A stretch of 61,628 bases of DNA, the filler included, from Globobulimina sp. (Eukaryota): the NCBI GenBank assembly GCA_003354225.1. It is 10 parts of 10 records of this genome, joined end to end, with 100 filler letters (N's around TTAATTAATTAA, not from the genome) between each part and the next. Parts side by side here need not be neighbours in the genome. Positions count along the whole stretch, not along the records: positions 1 to 6,099 come from PIVH01000361.1; positions 6,200 to 12,297 come from PIVH01000362.1; 8 more parts are not named here. One strand, written 5' to 3'. Below are positions 1 through 10,030 of the stretch, one piece after another. The notes under the pieces were generated by a model that worked only from the letters and a program-made list of their open reading frames with translations, made no database searches and was not told the DNA's origin. Both the position numbers and the translations under genes were made by a program. How positions within the stretch are numbered: the stretch's first letter is position 1; each line of letters starts with the position of its first letter.

Positions 1-122
1 ATCCTTTAAATATTCACTATTCGCAAAGCCGCCGCTAAGTATAATATTGTGACAGTTCGACACTTCTGCATTCTGCGTCAATGCCCTTACAAACTAAAAG
101 TATAAAATGTGGCAATATGAAG

Positions 123-1358
123 CTAGGACAATATATACCTAAATACCTCAACAATTTTGCTCAAAACATTTTCATGCAGCCATAACCAACCACCTTTCCT
201 AATTTTTATATTACTACTTCCCAGTTTAAATTCCCCTGCCACCATCTCACTCTTTTCATCGATATCACTCTTTTCATCGATATCATTCTTCTCGTCCTCC
301 ACAAAAGTAGCAGCAATCCCAAACTGTTTGATTTTACGCTGTAACGCTTTGTATGTTTTATCTTTTTTTTTATTCTTTTTTTTCTTCGACAACCACTGTT
401 TCAGAAAGAAGCAAAATTCAACATTCCAAAAGTCCACATTATGAAACTGCAACGGAACATTAAATTTAGATGTCACAAACTCCTGGGTTTGCCGCACCCA
501 TTCACCCGGTTGATCCTCTTTGATTTTGTTTAAAATATCAGTTGGGAGTAAGTCATTCAATAAAGATATAAATTTGTGATCAACATCCAAACCGCCACAG
601 CGTATTCCTTCACTGAACCGCAACTCATTCACATAGCCATTTTGTGGCGATATTTCAACGCACGAAGCGTCAATGGTACCGCCACCACAATCCAGCACAA
701 TAAATTGGTTATTATGCACATTGTTGAGTTTGATATCTGTATTATGGATAACATGGAATACAGTACATGTTGGCTCAGAGCCCAGACTGAAATGTTGCAT
801 CCCTGCCTTTTCTGCACATTGTTTCATCATTTCTTTGCTCATTTCGTCCCATATGGCTGGCACAGATAAACACCAATAAACCAGACCGCAATGTATAGCT
901 GGAATACCTAATAATTTGTGGAAATCGTTAATGCATTTTAGCGAATGCATAATTATGGCTTCGAATGATTTTGTGATTAAATCTGACAAAGGCAATGCGG
1001 ATTTGCCGTCTTCACTTTTAACAGAAACGTTTTTTCTTAAATGGTCTTTGCTGTATAAAAGTGGCTTGAAATGTTGGAAGTACATGACAGTGTCATCTGC
1101 TTTTCTTTCAATTAATTTGGCATATTGTTCTTCCGCGTCATAACCAATTGCGATAGTTTCATGTGTTTGTTTGTTGATTAATAAAGCTGCGAGGTTTTTG
1201 TTTAAATCTGTAGCGGTGCGATTGATGGACCAATCTTCGACCATACGTTGCTTTTTTGGTGCGTTTGGTGGACAGAAACATGACGCAAAGCCAAAGGAAC
1301 CAAAATCGATGGATACTATTTTTTCGATGTCTAAATGTTCGTAAGGTGAGGCAGCCAT
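123..1358 (-). CDS. HSPA12-like atypical Hsp70-family protein (first exon; continues past an intron towards the contig edge)
   Basis: Actin-like ATPase motifs SIDFGS, LSVPAIW, SEP and VLDCGGGTID; ORF runs into a GT donor near 137. Confidence 0.8.
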   Translation of the reverse strand: MAASPYEHLDIEKIVSIDFGSFGFASCFCPPNAPKKQRMVEDWSINRTATDLNKNLAALLINKQTHETIAIGYDAEEQYAKLIERKADDTVMYFQHFKPLLYSKDHLRKNVSVKSEDGKSALPLSDLITKSFEAIIMHSLKCINDFHKLLGIPAIHCGLVYWCLSVPAIWDEMSKEMMKQCAEKAGMQHFSLGSEPTCTVFHVIHNTDIKLNNVHNNQFIVLDCGGGTIDASCVEISPQNGYVNELRFSEGIRCGGLDVDHKFISLLNDLLPTDILNKIKEDQPGEWVRQTQEFVTSKFNVPLQFHNVDFWNVEFCFFLKQWLSKKKKNKKKDKTYKALQRKIKQFGIAATFVEDEKNDIDEKSDIDEKSEMVAGEFKLGSSNIKIRKGGWLWLHENVLSKIVEVFRYILS

Positions 1359-1446
1359 TGCGACGGATGACTACGGCCAAGCCGCCAACTTGAAGGGTTG
1401 CAAACAGTTCGAGATATTAATTATATAACGTGAATTTGATAATTAT

Positions 1447-3353
1447 TCAACAATCACAACAATAATCATCACAATAACAGTCGCAGTCACCACAAAAACA
1501 TTGAAGACACTTTTGAAGACAAAAAAAGAGTGCAGCAAATATTGCAACAATAATAAATATCGGCAAGCCAATGAGAATAAACGCAGCAACGATTAATATT
1601 CGATTTAAGCATTTTGGAAAACAAGAAGGACAGCGACAAAATCGTGCAGTATACTGCCCGCCGGGACATCCAAATATATTATACCATCTATAATGCTTTG
1701 AACTGTATTCACCTCTGCAAATCCAGCAAAATTCATAGCGACACGCTCGACATGTCATATGATTGCAACCTTGCGACTTTTCAATCCGTATCCTGCATTT
1801 TGGACATTTCTGCACATCCTTATTCAACGCCCATTTGGTGAATCCGAGGTCTATGTTTTGGTTACAACCAACAAAATATCCATGCCATGGCTGTCCACAA
1901 TTATAGCAAATGAGAGATGTGCATTTGGGACATTTTAATTTTCTGCGAAATTGACTTCCAAACATATATCCATCACAATCCGGTTTACAACAAAATCGCG
2001 CGTTCTCTTTTAACATAATCAATCGTTGTTTTTTGAATTTTAAAAATTTATCTTTTAACGCAGAATCGCCTAAAAATGATAGAATCTCCGCTTCGTTAAT
2101 CTGGCGATGGCAATTTGGATCAATGCAGCAGAGCTTCAATACATCGCCGTCCACTGTTTTTATCCGATAATGTTCGCGTAAACAATCAAAGCAATAATTA
2201 TGACCACATTCTGCTGAATTAAATTCTGACTCATTCTTAATTATAGAGTGTCAAATGGAGATATTATGTAATATCACGCAAGAATAATCAGATTGTGCTG
2301 TGAATACATTTCATATTTGCACTTGACAAATACCTTCAAATCAAAGCAGACCAGACATTGTTTTACATTCTCGTATTTATCCAACTTATCAGCAAATAGA
2401 TCATCATATTTAAATTGAAACATATCATTTCGTTTCATTTCAGTCTGATCGATATCAATTTTCATATCTATCAAATGTAAATATTCATCGTCATTTTCAG
2501 TATAAATATTGATCTTTTTTGCATTCTCATCAATTAGATGTTGTTTGTATAACATACCACAGACACCACACAACTCGCTATCATACAGTAAAGGAACAAA
2601 GCGATGATATTGGATATTCTCATCATTGTTTAATATAAATTCAACCGCAGCTTCGATAGATTCTGCATTGGTACATATTAAGGCTGCTTCCGCTTTATCT
2701 CTCCATCCCATTTCGCTTAGACGTACATAAAAATCGCGATATGCGTTGGAGGTCGCTTCCATTGTTAATGGCGTGCTGTACAATGGCATTTTCATCAATA
2801 TATCGCGAGCCGGTACCACAGTTCGGTGGTTGTCTTGGTTTAAATGATAATCATTGGCAGTGAACGTTTCTAGTGACGGTTCGAGCACACTCAAACTCAG
2901 ACTCAATTCCTGTGTAATGTTTTTTTGATAAATATGTGAACGGATTGATATATATTAAAGTTTAACTGATCCAAAATCAAATGAATTTTTTGGTCGGGTT
3001 CTTTGCGGCGGTAAATTTAAAGGATGAAATGAAGTGATTGTTAGGTCTTTTTTTTGAGGTACTAAGGGATCACTATTTAAATTAAATGATAATGATTGGG
3101 ACTTTAATAATGAGTTTGATGATAATAATGACAATGAATGGTACGCGTTGGTATGATGATCGTGGAAAAGTAATGGCTGATGATTGTTGCGGCGGTTTCT
3201 TCGATGTATTTTGTAGCACGGACAGCATTTACAGAGATAACAGCATAGTGATATTGTCACACATAACAAGACAAATAATGCGACGCTTGCTGATATCCAG
3301 TCGATGACAGTAAATGCTTCGAAAAAGGAAATAACGACATGCCAAAGGGACAT
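1447..3353 (-). CDS. RBR (RING-IBR-RING) E3 ubiquitin ligase with UBA-like segment and C-terminal TM helix, multi-exon
   Basis: IBR and RING2 patterns (CPKCRIRIEKSQGCNHMTCRACRYEFCWIC); RING1 split by an intron near 2240-2320; UBA-like LSEMGW..AEAAL..IEAAVEFI; the 2955-3461 ORF probably supplies the first exon (inferred). Confidence 0.8.
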
Positions 3354-3521
3354 TATCAATTTTTGAGCCCGGAGCAAGTGAGTGAAAAACGTTTGACATT
3401 GACAGAAAATTCTAGAAACTTTGCTGTGGGGAAATATTTTTATATAATATTGGTATCCCAAACTTTATAATATTACTAATTTTCAAGCAATAAATGTGAT
3501 AATAATTACAAGTCAATATCT

Positions 3522-5099
3522 TCATTGCGTTAATCTTAAATGTGTTTCATAATCACCATTTGGATTATTTTTCACATAATTTGCGAACCATTTCGCAGAC
3601 TCCTTGGTATATCTGGTTAGATTTTGCGTATAATTTACAAAATGAATCCCAAATCTGCGGGAATAGCCATCTCCCCATTCAAAATTATCCATCAATGACC
3701 AAGCAAAATATCCCCGAACATCAATCCCTTCCGACTTTGCTTTTGTAACATTCCCAATATATTGACTATAAAAATTTATTCGAAATGTATCATTTAGCAC
3801 TTGCTCCAATGCCATATCATTCTCACCTGGCACATCCACGCCATTCTCCGTCACATAAATCGGCGGCGCATCATATCGATCATTAACCCACCAAATCATA
3901 TTATAAATACCATACGGCACCACATAAAGCCATGAACTGTCCGCTTGGACTCCAATCAGAGTTCCATTGTACTGATTTTTGGCATTTACATCCGTCCTTT
4001 GATCCGTATTCCAATCTGGTACACTTCCATTATACGCAGCTGTATCCTTTACCCATGCCGTTGTGTAATGATTCAAACCAAAGAAATCATGAGAACCTAT
4101 GTACACATCACACATATACAAAGAACTACTACTTCCAAACTGGAAATGTATACCTTTTAAATCTTGTTTTTGCTGCTCAGTAAATTGCGGCAATCTGTCA
4201 CCAACATTGTCTTTCATAATTTGGGGATAATCGCCAAAGAATACAGGGTCCGCATACCAGGCACATTGCCATATTAATTTCCGTTGAGCCGCCTCATAAT
4301 CCGCTCGTGCATCAGACGCAGGTTCCGCCCAATCCACATTCAATGTAATACCGATTTCTCCGCCATCTTTGTCATAGCCTTTCTGTCGAAATAATTTAAC
4401 TGCGGCGGCATGCGACAATAATACATTATGTGTACATAAATAAGGTTCAGTTGAACTGTTACCAATGGGGCAATGTTGTACCCCTTTGATATTCGTACAG
4501 CGTCCAGGAGCATGAGTACCGACATCATAACCTTGCACACAAAAAGTCCATGGCTCGTTGAAGGTTAACCAGCGTTTAACAGAGCCACTAAAAGCGCTAA
4601 ATACAGCATCTACATATTTCACATAATAGTCCACAATGGATTCATTAATCCAGCCACCGGCAGTAGCTTCATATACAGATTGAGGCAAATCCCAATGATA
4701 TAAGGTGACAAAGGGTTGGATGTCATTGGCTAATAAGGCATCAAGTACTCGTTGGTAATGTTGGATGGCTGCTTGGTTTATGGTTTTGCCATCGGGTAAG
4801 ATACGGGGCCAAGCTAAGGATAATCGATAATTGGATAGGTTTAAATCTTTCATTAATTGGATATCTTCTAAAAAGCGATTATAATCATCATCTGCTACCT
4901 CACCTGACTCGTTCATGTAAACTTTGTTGGAATCTCGACAAAATATGTCCCATATAGAGGGTAAACGACCGTCTTTGTCCACAGCGCCTTCCACTTGATA
5001 TGATGCTGTTGCTGTACCCCACGTGAAAGATGGCTGCTGACTTTTGCATAATGTCAATATAATGCTTGCCAGAAAGAACTCAAAGAAGGACATGATCAT
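3522..5099 (-). CDS. Secreted glycoside hydrolase family 1 beta-glucosidase
   Basis: Signal peptide; WGTATASYQVEG, TFNEP (acid/base), VTENG (nucleophile), WSLMDNFEW; 57-nt in-frame intron 4097-4153. Confidence 0.95.
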   Translation of the reverse strand: MIMSFFEFFLASIILTLCKSQQPSFTWGTATASYQVEGAVDKDGRLPSIWDIFCRDSNKVYMNESGEVADDDYNRFLEDIQLMKDLNLSNYRLSLAWPRILPDGKTINQAAIQHYQRVLDALLANDIQPFVTLYHWDLPQSVYEATAGGWINESIVDYYVKYVDAVFSAFSGSVKRWLTFNEPWTFCVQGYDVGTHAPGRCTNIKGVQHCPIGNSSTEPYLCTHNVLLSHAAAVKLFRQKGYDKDGGEIGITLNVDWAEPASDARADYEAAQRKLIWQCAWYADPVFFGDYPQIMKDNVGDRLPQFTEQQKQDLKGIHFQFGSSSSLYMCDVYIGSHDFFGLNHYTTAWVKDTAAYNGSVPDWNTDQRTDVNAKNQYNGTLIGVQADSSWLYVVPYGIYNMIWWVNDRYDAPPIYVTENGVDVPGENDMALEQVLNDTFRINFYSQYIGNVTKAKSEGIDVRGYFAWSLMDNFEWGDGYSRRFGIHFVNYTQNLTRYTKESAKWFANYVKNNPNGDYETHLRLTQ

Positions 5100-5271
5100 G
5101 ATGCACTGACAGAAAAACTGTTTTACATCTTATAACAAAAATAAAACTATTCATACTTTTAATCTAAATTCCGATTTTGAATGTTTTAAACTCGGCAGTT
5201 GTGACGATTTATCTTTATCTTCTTTGGTATTTAACAGCGGAGTACTTAATTAATAAAAGACTCGAAATTAA

Positions 5272-6099
5272 ATGGGTAATAAGCAGCAGGTGAGTAAATC
5301 TGAAATAATAGATTTATCCCGTAATAAAGAATTGCAGTTTCCAGTAAACCTCAATATTTCGAGGCTGTCCGGTACAAAATTCAATAATGTTAAAAAAAGA
5401 GCATTAGAAAGAGGAATTAGCCATGTTTGTGATATTCAATTTTACGAACATATTAATTGTTTTGCATCATTATCATCCGATGGGACAAGATCGTTTGATG
5501 TGTATTACGGCAAAAAACATATGCCATATGATGTAATGTTGTGGAAATATACAAAATTAGAAAACGATCGGTATGAATTTAGCGTTGTTACCCAATATAT
5601 GATGGGTGGAGGGGTGTTATTTTTACATCATACATTGCCAGCTGTCATTAAATTTAATTCTGCGCAGTGGGAAATATGGACCATAAAACCATATAAATTG
5701 TCAGTATCTTTTCCATGTTACACTGGCAGAAAGCATCCCAGTGGACATTATAAAAGATTTTCAACCATCAAACAGTACGGTTACTGGCAACATTCATTGA
5801 CTGATAAACATTATAAACCAAATGGATTTCATTGGATTTTTATCATTGGATTTGATGGTACTGTATATGTTTATATGTATAAATTAGATTTGCTGCATCG
5901 CAAAGAAAATGGATATATTAACTATGGCTCAATCAGTTTATGTGATGGAAATATAAAAATTTGTGACGCGAGCGCTTATTCGGAGGATGGAAGAAATAAA
6001 ATTGTATGTTTAGTCCGGCGATATGCAAACGAGAAACAAGGCGTAGTCGAAGGATATCAAGTGTTTGTGGTTGAAAATGATGATAAATTATGCAGTCAT
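5272..6099 (+). CDS. Hypothetical protein, truncated by contig end
   Basis: ATG-initiated ORF of about 276 codons open to the gap; no recognised motif. Confidence 0.55.
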
Positions 6100-6199
6100 N
6101 NNNNNNNNNNNNNNNNNNNNNNNNNNNNNNNNNNNNNNNNNNNTTAATTAATTAANNNNNNNNNNNNNNNNNNNNNNNNNNNNNNNNNNNNNNNNNNNN
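6100..6199. other. Artificial contig linker (N44-TTAATTAATTAA-N44); also at 12298, 18494, 24681, 30848, 37013, 43176, 49329 and 55480
   Basis: Identical 100-nt spacer with stops in all six frames; flanking contigs decrease steadily from 6099 to 6049 bp. Confidence 0.98.
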
Positions 6200-6424
6200 G
6201 AACATGTTTCTGTTTCCCTATCAAACCGCTGTCCCAACTGGCCGGAAATGTGTTTTATTAAGGACTTATTTTGGGGCGAAGAGGACGAAGTTGTTCAATT
6301 TCATCCGAAAAAATCCATGTATGTAAATTATCACCCCTATTGTTTGCATTTATGGCGCCCGGTTGCCATCATAATCAAGACGCCGCCGTCCTGGATGGTC
6401 GGGCCGGTGATCGAGGCGCAATAA
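6200..6424 (+). CDS. Conserved phage protein (DUF7694-like), 5'-truncated; not in the ORF track
   Basis: Frame from 6200 reads EHVSVSLSNRCPNWPEMCFIKDLFWGEEDEVVQFHPKKSMYVNYHPYCLHLWRP, a pattern typical of a widespread phage family. Confidence 0.75.
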   Translation, partial: EHVSVSLSNRCPNWPEMCFIKDLFWGEEDEVVQFHPKKSMYVNYHPYCLHLWRPVAIIIKTPPSWMVGPVIEAQ

Positions 6425-6548
6425 AAAAACCGCTTGCGGTGCCCGTGCCGCTGGTTTACAAAAATAAGGCGGGGCGAAGCTTGAACGCTACTCAGCGTCA
6501 ACTTGTTGATTTTGTGTATTTGTTCCTTTCAGGGTTTCGCCCCCACCT

Positions 6549-6589
6549 AAAAACCCCGCCTTGGCCTACCCAGCCCGGCGGGGTTTTTT
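6549..6589. terminator. Bidirectional intrinsic terminator
   Basis: AAAAACCCCGCC-loop-GGCGGGGTTTTTT. Confidence 0.75.
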
Positions 6590-6611
6590 ATTGGTTCGCC
6601 GCTTACAACAT

Positions 6612-6641
6612 TTGACAAACTATAATGCACGTCCTTATGGT
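6612..6641 (+). promoter_or_regulatory. Sigma70-like promoter for the 6672 gene cluster
   Basis: TTGACA-18 nt-TATGGT upstream of RBS AGGGGA and ATG 6672. Confidence 0.5.
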
Positions 6642-6671
6642 ATCAATTCAACTTAATGCTAGGGGAACAAG

Positions 6672-6965
6672 ATGAGATACACAGAAGAACAAGCAAATAA
6701 ATTAGAGTTACCAGAAGAATTAACAAAGCAATTAAAATTCGGGCGCAAGTTTGCAGGCGGCATGAGCCTTAAAGTATTAGACATAATAAAAACCTCCAAT
6801 ATACCGCTATCGTTAAACGATTTAGTCATTGAAATGTATAAACGTCATAATCAAATTTCCCCGCGCGGCAGTGTGCAAAGTGCCGTTTATAAATTAAAAA
6901 AAGACAAGCTTGTCGATAGCAATATGTACGGTGAATGGGAAACGGTAAAAACGAAAACCAAATAA
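6672..6965 (+). CDS. Small winged-helix-like DNA-binding protein
   Basis: RBS; VLDIIK..PLSLNDL...SVQSAVYKLKKDKLV...GEW pattern. Confidence 0.6.
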   Translation: MRYTEEQANKLELPEELTKQLKFGRKFAGGMSLKVLDIIKTSNIPLSLNDLVIEMYKRHNQISPRGSVQSAVYKLKKDKLVDSNMYGEWETVKTKTK

Positions 6966-6992
6966 CAACCGGTGTATTGAAAGGCACGCGGT

Positions 6993-7334
6993 ATGTCAGA
7001 GCCGGATTTTGCTAAAAAAAAATTGGAAACTGTCCAACTCCACATTGCTTCTTTGGAATTGCTGGTTGATCTTCAAAAAGACCAGATTGCGCACTTGGAA
7101 AAGATGAATAACCTTTTGAACAAAAGCAACCAGGAAAATTGGGCAAAGCTGATTTTCCTGCATGATAAAACTGATTATGTTTTATATACCTGCTTAAGCA
7201 TCGCAATTTTTTGCATATTTTTGTTTAATAAAGAGGTTGCCGCCTGGATGACGGGGGCTTTTTGTTACCTCTTTGCCAAGGAAATCATGCTACTGGTCAA
7301 AAAAGTTTTCCCAAAAAAGCAAAAAGATATATAA
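6993..7334 (+). CDS. Hypothetical membrane protein (coiled coil plus 2 TM)
   Basis: ORF within co-oriented cluster; two hydrophobic stretches. Confidence 0.6.
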   Translation: MSEPDFAKKKLETVQLHIASLELLVDLQKDQIAHLEKMNNLLNKSNQENWAKLIFLHDKTDYVLYTCLSIAIFCIFLFNKEVAAWMTGAFCYLFAKEIMLLVKKVFPKKQKDI

Positions 7335-7356
7335 TCGGCGATGAAAGGAACACACA

Positions 7357-7623
7357 ATGAAATTCATACCCTTAATATTAATCATGCTTGCACTGGCAAA
7401 TTGCACGTCAACACAGATGACAAAATTTGGTAATGGCCTGCAAGCATTCGGTGACGGTGTAAACAGATATCAGCCGAATAACGAGCGGTTTAAAGAGATA
7501 CAGGCATATAACAGCCAACAGAGAATAATACACCAGAACAGCCAGATATTAGACAATCAAAGAAGAATGCAAATTCAGTCGGATATGGAAAAGATTAAAA
7601 AGACATACAATCTCAGATATTGA
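7357..7623 (+). CDS. Putative lipoprotein
   Basis: RBS AAGGA; signal peptide ending in lipobox-like LANC. Confidence 0.65.
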   Translation: MKFIPLILIMLALANCTSTQMTKFGNGLQAFGDGVNRYQPNNERFKEIQAYNSQQRIIHQNSQILDNQRRMQIQSDMEKIKKTYNLRY

Positions 7624-7912
7624 TAGACGAAAGGCGTGCAAGATGCCCTTAAAATTTCGACATATCAAAACAACAAGCCGCAAACGATTTTAAAGATTTT
7701 ATGGCGCATAATCCGGGCGCCATGACTTACGACGTATCAAAAAAGAAATATGTGTCGAATGAAAAAAATGATTAAAAGAATTATTGATTTTCATAAAAAA
7801 CATGACGCGGTTATCACTCTTTGCCAGAGCGCCGCGTTATTTGCCATCGTTGCGGCCAGCCTTTACCAATTGGAAAGGCTCACTGCTTTAAAATGCCTGC
7901 CAGGGGGATAAA

Positions 7913-8446
7913 ATGAAAACAAAAACGCGTTCGTCTAATAGTACAAATATTGGAAATGCTGGTGAGCATTTGATTATGGCGGAATTACTTGCTAGGGGGT
8001 GTCATTCTTTCATGGCTGACCGTGGAAATCCCGCGTTTGATATTGCAGCCATATTAAACGACAAAAGACAAGTGAAAATCCGTTGTAAAACATGTAGTAC
8101 AAACAGAACATTTCAATATAGTGCTAAAAAATCTGGTGATATATTTTTGGACTTTGATATCGAGGATAACACTGATTTTGTTGCGTTAATTGCTCCTGAA
8201 AAAGGTCAACCATTTACGAGCATAACGTCTCAAATTTGGATTTTACCAACTAAAATAATGAATACTAACCTTTTGCAAATGAACAAAGAATATTATGCAA
8301 CAAATAAGCGTGACGGTACGCCACGAAAACAACAAAATCAAAGCTGGTTTACAATGCGTCTTGACGGTCCTGCCAATTCATCACCCTTAAATGGTTGGTC
8401 TGAAAAACTAGAACAGTGGTGCGACAATTGGAATTTCAAGTTTTAA
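7913..8446 (+). CDS. PD-(D/E)XK-family endonuclease
   Basis: GNAGEHLIMAELLARG ... FD ... KIRCKT, the helix1-E / D / xK arrangement of restriction-like nucleases; RBS GGGGG. Confidence 0.7.
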   Translation: MKTKTRSSNSTNIGNAGEHLIMAELLARGCHSFMADRGNPAFDIAAILNDKRQVKIRCKTCSTNRTFQYSAKKSGDIFLDFDIEDNTDFVALIAPEKGQPFTSITSQIWILPTKIMNTNLLQMNKEYYATNKRDGTPRKQQNQSWFTMRLDGPANSSPLNGWSEKLEQWCDNWNFKF

Positions 8447-8502
8447 GCCATATTCTAATAAAACTAATTTTCCATAAGATAAATTATGCGCGAAAACAGC
8501 AT

Positions 8503-8541
8503 AAAAAAACCGGCCTGGGTAGAGCCAGAACCGGTTTTTTC
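8503..8541. terminator. Bidirectional intrinsic terminator between the convergent nuclease and methyltransferase genes
   Basis: AAAAAAACCGG-loop-CCGGTTTTTTT. Confidence 0.7.
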
Positions 8542-8567
8542 AATCATCAAGTAAATGCACCCCCACC

Positions 8568-9290
8568 CTACCCGCGTCCGTGCTGGTTGTCCACAGGAAA
8601 AACCAATTCGTCCTGTTTCAACTTTCTAGGGGGTTCAACAAATAAATCCGGCTGCTTGTAGGCGTCCTCGATGCGCTTACAGGCTATCTCAAAATAATGC
8701 GGGTCCAGCTCTATCCCGATGAATTTGCGGCCTAGCTTGGCGCATGCAACGCCTGTTGTGCCCGATCCCATGAATGGGTCTAGGATTGTTCCTGTGTTTT
8801 TTGGTAGTTTTTGGATACACCATTTCATAACTTCATAAGGCTTTTGGGTTGGATGGACTCGCTTTTCTCTCTTTCCAATCAGGCCGTTAAATTCATAGGT
8901 AAGAAGTTTTACAGATTTGCGCTCTATATTTGTCCATACCAACTCGCAATCGCTAAAGGTTGGCATTGTGTTTTTTTTATCCCAAACAAACCAATGTTTA
9001 CCAACTGGTAATAGGTCAGTAAAATAATTACCACCAAAAATAATTGCATTGTCAGATATAGATATTATTAAATCAAATGTATCCTTACATGGTCTTTCAC
9101 TATCCCATTCACCGGGGTATTGTTTACGCGCGATAGGGGCACCAAAGCCACCAAAGCCCTCAAAGCCCTTATCCTGTTTAATACCATAAGGAGGATCTGT
9201 AACCACAGCATCCACCTTGCCGAGCGTTGGCATGATTTCCAGGCAATCCCCAAGGTATAGAGTACAATCGCCAATAATAACCGGGTTCAT
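8568..9290 (-). CDS. DNA N6-adenine/N4-cytosine methyltransferase, beta class (phage type)
   Basis: LYLGDCL, motif IV DPPY, HPTQKP, then motif I DPFMGSGTTG and GIELD. Confidence 0.93.
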   Translation of the reverse strand: MNPVIIGDCTLYLGDCLEIMPTLGKVDAVVTDPPYGIKQDKGFEGFGGFGAPIARKQYPGEWDSERPCKDTFDLIISISDNAIIFGGNYFTDLLPVGKHWFVWDKKNTMPTFSDCELVWTNIERKSVKLLTYEFNGLIGKREKRVHPTQKPYEVMKWCIQKLPKNTGTILDPFMGSGTTGVACAKLGRKFIGIELDPHYFEIACKRIEDAYKQPDLFVEPPRKLKQDELVFPVDNQHGRG

Positions 9291-9685
9291 TATTTTGCCG
9301 CCCCTGCCCTACCCGCGCCCGCCGTGGTTGTCTACAGAAAAAAAGCGCCGTCACTAACCGGCGCTTTTTCCCTACCTTGACCAGGGAACTCGCAATTTCC
9401 TGATACAAAAGCATACCATAAAAACCAATTGTGGTAATATAAGTTTTATGTAATATATTATTACAATGGAACATGTCAGCAACTTATTCAACGATTGCCG
9501 TTTGTGCGGCGGTGAAAAAATTGTATATTTTCCATTGGATGCCTGCCCGGTATGCGCCTGGCTCTCAGAGGTGCAATACCAGAATGGTCTACAGGGACGG
9601 AATGACGAGGTTTTTGATTGGTTACCCCCTAGCTTTATCGGGCCGCGTTGTTCCCTACCCCGTGTAAATTGGGTAGTACAAGATT

Positions 9686-9868
9686 ATGAAGGTAAACCAT
9701 AAAAACCCCTTTCTCAAAGCGACTTTTACGACGGCCCGAATTGCCGTTGTTAAGGCAAGCCTTAAAATCCCCTTTCGCAAAACGTGCTTAACGCTGGCCC
9801 TGGTTGCCGTTAGCCTTGGCTTATGGACGGGTTTTTTAATGGGGCTTCTATATATTTTCATGAAGTAA
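9686..9868 (+). CDS. Small single-TM hypothetical protein
   Basis: 60-aa ORF with hydrophobic C-terminus. Confidence 0.35.
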   Translation: MKVNHKNPFLKATFTTARIAVVKASLKIPFRKTCLTLALVAVSLGLWTGFLMGLLYIFMK

Positions 9869-9879
9869 ATATATATATA

Positions 9880-10012
9880 ACATAGCTATTTATCATAGAT
9901 ATATTACTTAGCTATATATCTTAATAAACAACCTATCTATTTAAACAATATATAAATGTTTGCTATATAGCTTTGATGGCTATATAATATATATAGCTAT
10001 GTAATATAGCTT
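9880..10012. repeat. AT-rich array of (A)TAGCTA(T)-like palindromic repeats upstream of parA; putative centromere/operator
   Basis: About six TAGCTA/TGCTAT/GGCTAT copies (near 9882, 9909, 9961, 9978, 9993, 10006) directly before the parA RBS. Confidence 0.55.
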
Positions 10013-10030
10013 ACTTAAATAGGGGGTTTT

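Noticed and set aside
6271-6615. 114-aa ORF in the track
   Set aside because: Wrong frame; the real gene is 6200-6424, and this ORF runs through hairpins and a terminator.
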